Source: a virus
Lineage: Duplodnaviria > Caudoviricetes
Direction: 5' to 3' (one strand)
Virus record (IMG/VR): IMGVR_UViG_3300030620_000112
Coordinates: 1-60,404 of that record
Length of the DNA: 60,404 nt
Positions 55,947 to 60,404 of this stretch are shown in pieces. A program made the position numbers and the translations under genes. Below the pieces are notes generated by a model. That model made no database searches, was not told where the DNA came from, and saw only the letters and a program-made list of their open reading frames with translations. How positions within the stretch are numbered: position 1 is the first letter of the stretch; each line of letters starts with the position of its first letter.

Positions 55947-57544
55947 GCGACGACGTGCAGGGCCTTGTAGCCGAGATCATGGACATCGCCGCCCGCAAGT
56001 GGCGGGCGATCGTCGGCTCGCTCTACGCCGACGCGAGTTGGGACAGCATCGACGGGGTGGCCTCCGACGCCATCCGCCGGTGGGTCGACGGCGCCATGAA
56101 CGCCAACGTCCTCATCGTGGGCCCTACCGGCTCCGGCAAGCAGCAGCCGGTCAGCGAGCCTGTTCTCACCCCGTCGGGCTGGCGACCGATCGGGGATCTT
56201 GCGCCCGGCGATTCCGTGATCGGCGCCGATGGGCTCGCCACCAAGGTCCGGTCCGTGCATCCGCAGCAGACCCGGGAGGTGTGGCGTGTCGAGTTCTCTG
56301 ACGGGAGTTGGACACGGTGCGGCCCCGAGCATCTCTGGTCGGTTACTTACTGGGGACGCGGGCCCGGACCGCACGGGGTACGGCCTCATGTCCGCAAGTT
56401 CGCCACGTTTACGACGGACGCGATTCGCCGACGCGGCTTAAACGTGGGGCGGACGTCACGCGCGAAGTTCTCTATCCCGCTGACGAAGCCGGTCGTGTAC
56501 GAACCACAAGGCCATCTGCCGGTCGACCCCTACACGCTGGGTGTCATCCTCGGCGACGGCCATATCACCGAGAGGGGATATGTGGGCCTCACCACCGATG
56601 AGGAGATCCTCGGGAGACTGGGTGTCGAAGGGTCTCGCACGTCGCATCCGAGTGATGGCATTGGTGTTCTCAACACGAACGTGTGGGAGGCCGCACTTGT
56701 AGCCATGGGGCTCGCTGGGAAACTATCCCACGAGAAGTTCGTGCCAGAGCCTTACCTCCACGCAGCACCAGACCAGCGGCGAGATCTCCTCGCTGGTTTG
56801 CTGGACACCGACGGGCACGCCAGCCGCGCCGGGGGTGTCGAGTTCACCAGCACGTCGGCCGATCTGGCGTTCGCGGTCCAAGAGTTGACCCAGTCTCTCG
56901 GGGGGGTTGTGCGGTCGCGGGCAGGGCGTGTCACGAAGTACCCGGGCCCTGACGGGGTCAAGCGAGATGGCCGCATGTCGTGGCGTGTAAACGTCAAACT
57001 GGACGATCAGCCGTTTAGGCTCGCCCGGAAGGCCGAGGCGTGGGTGGGCCCCACCAAGTATCCGGTCGCCCGTCACATCAGAAGCATCGATCGGGTCGAC
57101 GACGAGGACAGCGTCTGTATCTCGGTTGAGGCGGTGGATGGCCTCTACCTGACGCGCGGTTTCGTCGTCACACACAACACCTACACGGCAGTCGCGATGC
57201 TCCGCGAGGCGATGAACGCCGGCGCGACCGTCGGGATGGTCACCGCCGTCAACCTGTTCGCGTCGCTGCGCCCGTCCGGGGAACCGCTGCCGTTCAGGCC
57301 GGACCGCATCCACGTGCTGTGCATCGACGACCTCGGCGTCGAGAAGCCGTCCGACTGGACCGACGAGACCCTCGACTGGCTGGTCAACGAACGGCACGTC
57401 CAGATGAAGCCGACGATCATCACCACCAACCTCGACCCGGTCGGGCTCGAGCGGCACCTCGGACTGCGGGTGTGGTCGCGCCTGTGCCGCGACGCCATCA
57501 AGATCAAGATGACGGGCGAGGATCGCCGGCGGGCCCGGGCATGA
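55943..57544 (+). CDS. DnaC/IstB-like AAA+ helicase loader with intein (mature ~187 aa)
   Basis: GPTGSGK|T Walker A, LCIDDLG.E, R......TIITTN, R..SRL. Confidence 0.85.
   Translation: MSDDVQGLVAEIMDIAARKWRAIVGSLYADASWDSIDGVASDAIRRWVDGAMNANVLIVGPTGSGKQQPVSEPVLTPSGWRPIGDLAPGDSVIGADGLATKVRSVHPQQTREVWRVEFSDGSWTRCGPEHLWSVTYWGRGPGPHGVRPHVRKFATFTTDAIRRRGLNVGRTSRAKFSIPLTKPVVYEPQGHLPVDPYTLGVILGDGHITERGYVGLTTDEEILGRLGVEGSRTSHPSDGIGVLNTNVWEAALVAMGLAGKLSHEKFVPEPYLHAAPDQRRDLLAGLLDTDGHASRAGGVEFTSTSADLAFAVQELTQSLGGVVRSRAGRVTKYPGPDGVKRDGRMSWRVNVKLDDQPFRLARKAEAWVGPTKYPVARHIRSIDRVDDEDSVCISVEAVDGLYLTRGFVVTHNTYTAVAMLREAMNAGATVGMVTAVNLFASLRPSGEPLPFRPDRIHVLCIDDLGVEKPSDWTDETLDWLVNERHVQMKPTIITTNLDPVGLERHLGLRVWSRLCRDAIKIKMTGEDRRRARA
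56141..57178 (+). mobile_element. class 3-type intein with LAGLIDADG endonuclease (346 aa)
   Basis: Starts QQPVSEPVLTPSGW, EHLW, LLAGLLDTDG, SVCISV, ends VTHN|T. Confidence 0.9.
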
Positions 57545-57837
57545 CGGCCCCTCACCGGCAGGACGACGTCGCGTTCAGATGGTTCAGGTCATGGTCGCAG
57601 ATGCATCAGGGCGCAGAGCACTACTACGCCGAGCCGGTCCACATGCGCGGCTCCGAGTCGATCACTGCCGCCCGGGAAGCGCACGGCCGCGACGTCGCCG
57701 GCCAGTGGGTCAAGCCCGGCATGATCCGCCCTCACGTCTCCGCGCTGCACGTCCAGCGCGGGACCTACCTGCTCGACGAGGAGTTGGCTCGGGCCCAGTT
57801 CCTCGTCGAGGTCGGGGTGCAGGAGCGCTTCCACTGA
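57541..57837 (+). CDS. hypothetical protein
   Basis: ATGA overlap. Confidence 0.45.
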   Translation: MTAPHRQDDVAFRWFRSWSQMHQGAEHYYAEPVHMRGSESITAAREAHGRDVAGQWVKPGMIRPHVSALHVQRGTYLLDEELARAQFLVEVGVQERFH

Positions 57838-57891
57838 TTGACGACCACCCAACCCAGCCACTAATCTCATGTAGTTGTTGAAAGGAAGATC
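57838..57891 (+). promoter_or_regulatory. putative promoter with inverted ACAACTAC motif
   Basis: TTGACG 57838-57843, 18 bp, TAATCT 57862-57867, GTAGTTGT 57871-57878, gaaagga RBS. Confidence 0.6.
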
Positions 57892-58284
57892 GTGCGGATG
57901 GCGATAGCCGTCGTCGGGCAGGTGGCAGGCCAGCGGACCCACGTCGTAGCGCAGACCTCCGAGGGTGACCCGGTCCTGCTGGTCCCCGAACCCGACAACC
58001 CCCATGATCCGTTCGCTGTCGCCGTCTACACGGCACCGGCCGGGGCGCTCCGCCATCCGGTCGTGTTCTCGGCCGACGATGACCTCGGAAAGTTCGGGTT
58101 CGTCCACGACGAGGACCGGCTGCTCCTCATGGACCGGCAGGCCGGCTACATCAGCCGGACGCTCGCGGCACGGATGATGATGCCACCGACCGGGATGGTC
58201 GGCCGGGTGTCGCAGGTCCGGTTCACGCCGGACACGAAGGAACGGATCGGATTCGACGTCGAGGTTGAGACGGTGCTGCTGTGA
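57892..58284 (+). CDS. HIRAN domain protein
   Basis: L.PEPDNPHD..AVAV, GYI.R..A. Confidence 0.8.
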   Translation: MRMAIAVVGQVAGQRTHVVAQTSEGDPVLLVPEPDNPHDPFAVAVYTAPAGALRHPVVFSADDDLGKFGFVHDEDRLLLMDRQAGYISRTLAARMMMPPTGMVGRVSQVRFTPDTKERIGFDVEVETVLL

Positions 58285-58829
58285 CCGACGTGAACTGGGC
58301 GGACGCCGCCTGCGCTGACGATCAGGATTCGGACCGATGGTTCCCGACGTCATCGTCGGACGTCGACGTCCTCCGCGAGATCTGCCGGGGATGCCCGATC
58401 GTCCGAGGTTGCTTCGACGCGGCCATGCTCGAGGGGCCACAGTCCGGGATGCGCGGAGGACTGTCGGCACGGCAGCGGCAACGCATCCGGGCGGGGAAGA
58501 CGACCTACGAACACGAGTGGGAACGGTTCGAGCAGCGCCGCCTCCGGCCGCCCCGACCTGTCGCTGCGGCTCGCGAGTATGCGACGGACGACGACTGGAA
58601 GTTGGCACGACAGATCATCCGGGACGTAGCGCAACGGCACGACACGACACCGTCCCGGGTTCGCGGCCGCGACGGCAGATCGACGTCGGCCGTCCGTGCC
58701 GAGGCGATGGCCCGGGTCTACCGGGAAACGCGCCTGTCCTACCCGCAGGTCGGAGAACTGTTCGACTGCCGCGACCACACGACGGTCATGTCGGCTGTCA
58801 GACGCCACGACGAAAGGAAGGCAGCATGA
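58281..58829 (+). CDS. WhiB-family Fe-S regulator fused to DnaA domain IV-like HTH
   Basis: W...AC...D..WFP, IC..CP....C, G..GG.S..QR; then S.PQ.G..F..RDHTTVM.A.R. Confidence 0.8.
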   Translation: MTDVNWADAACADDQDSDRWFPTSSSDVDVLREICRGCPIVRGCFDAAMLEGPQSGMRGGLSARQRQRIRAGKTTYEHEWERFEQRRLRPPRPVAAAREYATDDDWKLARQIIRDVAQRHDTTPSRVRGRDGRSTSAVRAEAMARVYRETRLSYPQVGELFDCRDHTTVMSAVRRHDERKAA

Positions 58830-59248
58830 GGACCTCCACCGAGGTCTGCCGAGAGGTCGGCATCAGCTATCGGCAGTTGAACCACTGGACGACTCGAGGA
58901 TGGGTCAGGTCGACGACTGGAGAACCGAGCCCGGGGCCGGGGAACCCGCGCGGATGGTCGGCCGTCGACGTCGATGCCGTCCGACTGTTCGCAGTCCTCT
59001 CGGAGACGGCGCTCAGCCACGAGGAAGCGGCCGATGCCGTCGAGGCGTGGAGGCGTGCAGGACACCCGCCGTCGGGATGGGTCGGCAAGATCGACCACCG
59101 GCTCGGCTGCCACGCCACCATTCCGCACGACGCCCAGACGGTCGCCGCAGTGCGGCTGTCGTCGTTCGGGCCGGCAAAGTCGTTTCGCTGGCGCACCAAC
59201 GGCAGCAGCCCAGAGCGGCATGATGATGACATGGGGGTCGAACGTTGA
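58826..59248 (+). CDS. MerR-like HTH protein
   Basis: EVC..VGISYRQL..W...G......G.G..R.W...D. Confidence 0.75.
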   Translation: MRTSTEVCREVGISYRQLNHWTTRGWVRSTTGEPSPGPGNPRGWSAVDVDAVRLFAVLSETALSHEEAADAVEAWRRAGHPPSGWVGKIDHRLGCHATIPHDAQTVAAVRLSSFGPAKSFRWRTNGSSPERHDDDMGVER

Positions 59249-59919
59249 CGGCCCTCGAACCGATCGGCCGCCTTGCCGGACTCCCGGCCGATGTCGCCGA
59301 CGCGGTGGACCGCGTGGCGCATATCGCCGCGATGAAGGCGTGGCTCGTCGACGTCGAGCAGCCGGTCCGTGACTGGCTCAACGTCAAGGCAGACGAGATC
59401 GAGAAGGCCACCGGCGGCGCATTCAACGTGCCTGTCGCCGGGGTGGGACGCGCCCTGCGGACCGACCCGCCACCGAAACCCGTCGTCACCGACCATGAGG
59501 CCCTCGGACGCTGGATCGTCGCACGCCACGGCCACGACCCGGACGAGTGGGAGCCGGCGCTCGAGAACGGCGCCGTGGACAGACGTGATGTCGCGACCGT
59601 CGACTCGGCCCACCTGCTGACGTTCCTCGCCCGGTTTGCTGCTGCCGGCGACGACCCGGGCGAGGTGGCCTCCGCAGCGGTCACGCTGGCGGGTGCGGTC
59701 ACGGTCGAGGAGACGTGGTACGTCGACCCCGGCTACCTCGACGTGTTCAAGGTCGCAGGCGACCGGCTGGTCGACCGTGACACCGGCGAGGTCGTCCCGG
59801 GCGTGGAAGTCCGCAGGGGCCAACGCACCTTGACGGTGACGCCGGACAAGAGACGGAAGGCGGAACTGATTCAACAGTTGGAGCGGATGCTCGCACCGAA
59901 CGACCGAGAACTGATGTAG
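59245..59919 (+). CDS. hypothetical protein (possible Gam/Gp157-like)
   Basis: TGEVVPGV motif; TTGA overlap. Confidence 0.5.
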   Translation: MTALEPIGRLAGLPADVADAVDRVAHIAAMKAWLVDVEQPVRDWLNVKADEIEKATGGAFNVPVAGVGRALRTDPPPKPVVTDHEALGRWIVARHGHDPDEWEPALENGAVDRRDVATVDSAHLLTFLARFAAAGDDPGEVASAAVTLAGAVTVEETWYVDPGYLDVFKVAGDRLVDRDTGEVVPGVEVRRGQRTLTVTPDKRRKAELIQQLERMLAPNDRELM

Positions 59920-59951
59920 ATTGCAGGTGCCGTCGAGGACAGGAGAAAAGG

Positions 59952-60263
59952 ATGGCGCAGAAACTGCCCCGGTTTGAGGGCAAGACCGTCGAGGCCGGAA
60001 GCCTCGCCTACTCCGGATCGGTCGACGACTCGGACATGGTCCTGCACGTGGGCGACGAGGTCACCCAGATCGTGAAGGGCCGCGTCACCGGGGTGGCCCA
60101 CAAGCAGAACCAGTTCGGCGTGATGAAGCGGGTCCACTCGATCGCCATCGACTTCACGATGGAGGCCGACAAGGTGACCGAGAAGCGGATCAACAAGGAG
60201 CACAGGCGGATGCTGGACGAGGCAGAAGGCCAGACGTCGATGGACGAGGCGATCGAGGAGTGA
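59952..60263 (+). CDS. hypothetical protein
   Basis: RBS aggagaaagg. Confidence 0.6.
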   Translation: MAQKLPRFEGKTVEAGSLAYSGSVDDSDMVLHVGDEVTQIVKGRVTGVAHKQNQFGVMKRVHSIAIDFTMEADKVTEKRINKEHRRMLDEAEGQTSMDEAIEE

Positions 60264-60404
60264 GCAACACCACGATCCTCGGCCCGGCATCCGACCATGC
60301 TTGTGTGCGGTGCGGACGCCGGGCCGAGTCGTGTGCATGGGAGGCTCTCCCGTGAAGCGTTCGTCGATGCCGACCATCCGGCAACTCAGATGGGACGAGG
60401 AGCC

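Overview
High-GC tailed phage of actinobacterial type (siphovirus-like), probably most of one genome. No host housekeeping genes, rRNA, tRNA or CRISPR arrays were recognised. Gene order: (1) an early/accessory block of small genes at 1-9.3 kb, including a DUF6745-like repeat protein, an Rpf-like transglycosylase, an HNH nuclease and a DUF6527-like protein; (2) a single minus-strand five-gene operon at 9.4-13.5 kb (SAM methyltransferase, IbrA-like PAPS-reductase/PP-loop protein, two ParB/IbrB-like proteins, DPPW amino-methyltransferase), a candidate DNA-modification system; (3) packaging genes, with two inteins in TerL, then the portal; (4) a glycosyltransferase/methyltransferase/sulfotransferase cluster interrupted by an HNH cassette that duplicated the 3' end of its host gene; (5) head, tail, fibre and lysis genes; (6) recombination/replication genes (gp3-like RDF, iteron-bearing initiator, intein-containing DnaC-like ATPase) and regulators (WhiB-DnaA domain IV fusion, MerR-like). 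Non-coding features include a dispersed ~85-bp fixed-spacing element, a duplicated hairpin-promoter module and a CGGACAG cluster. All family assignments come from motif recognition by eye; no database searches were run.
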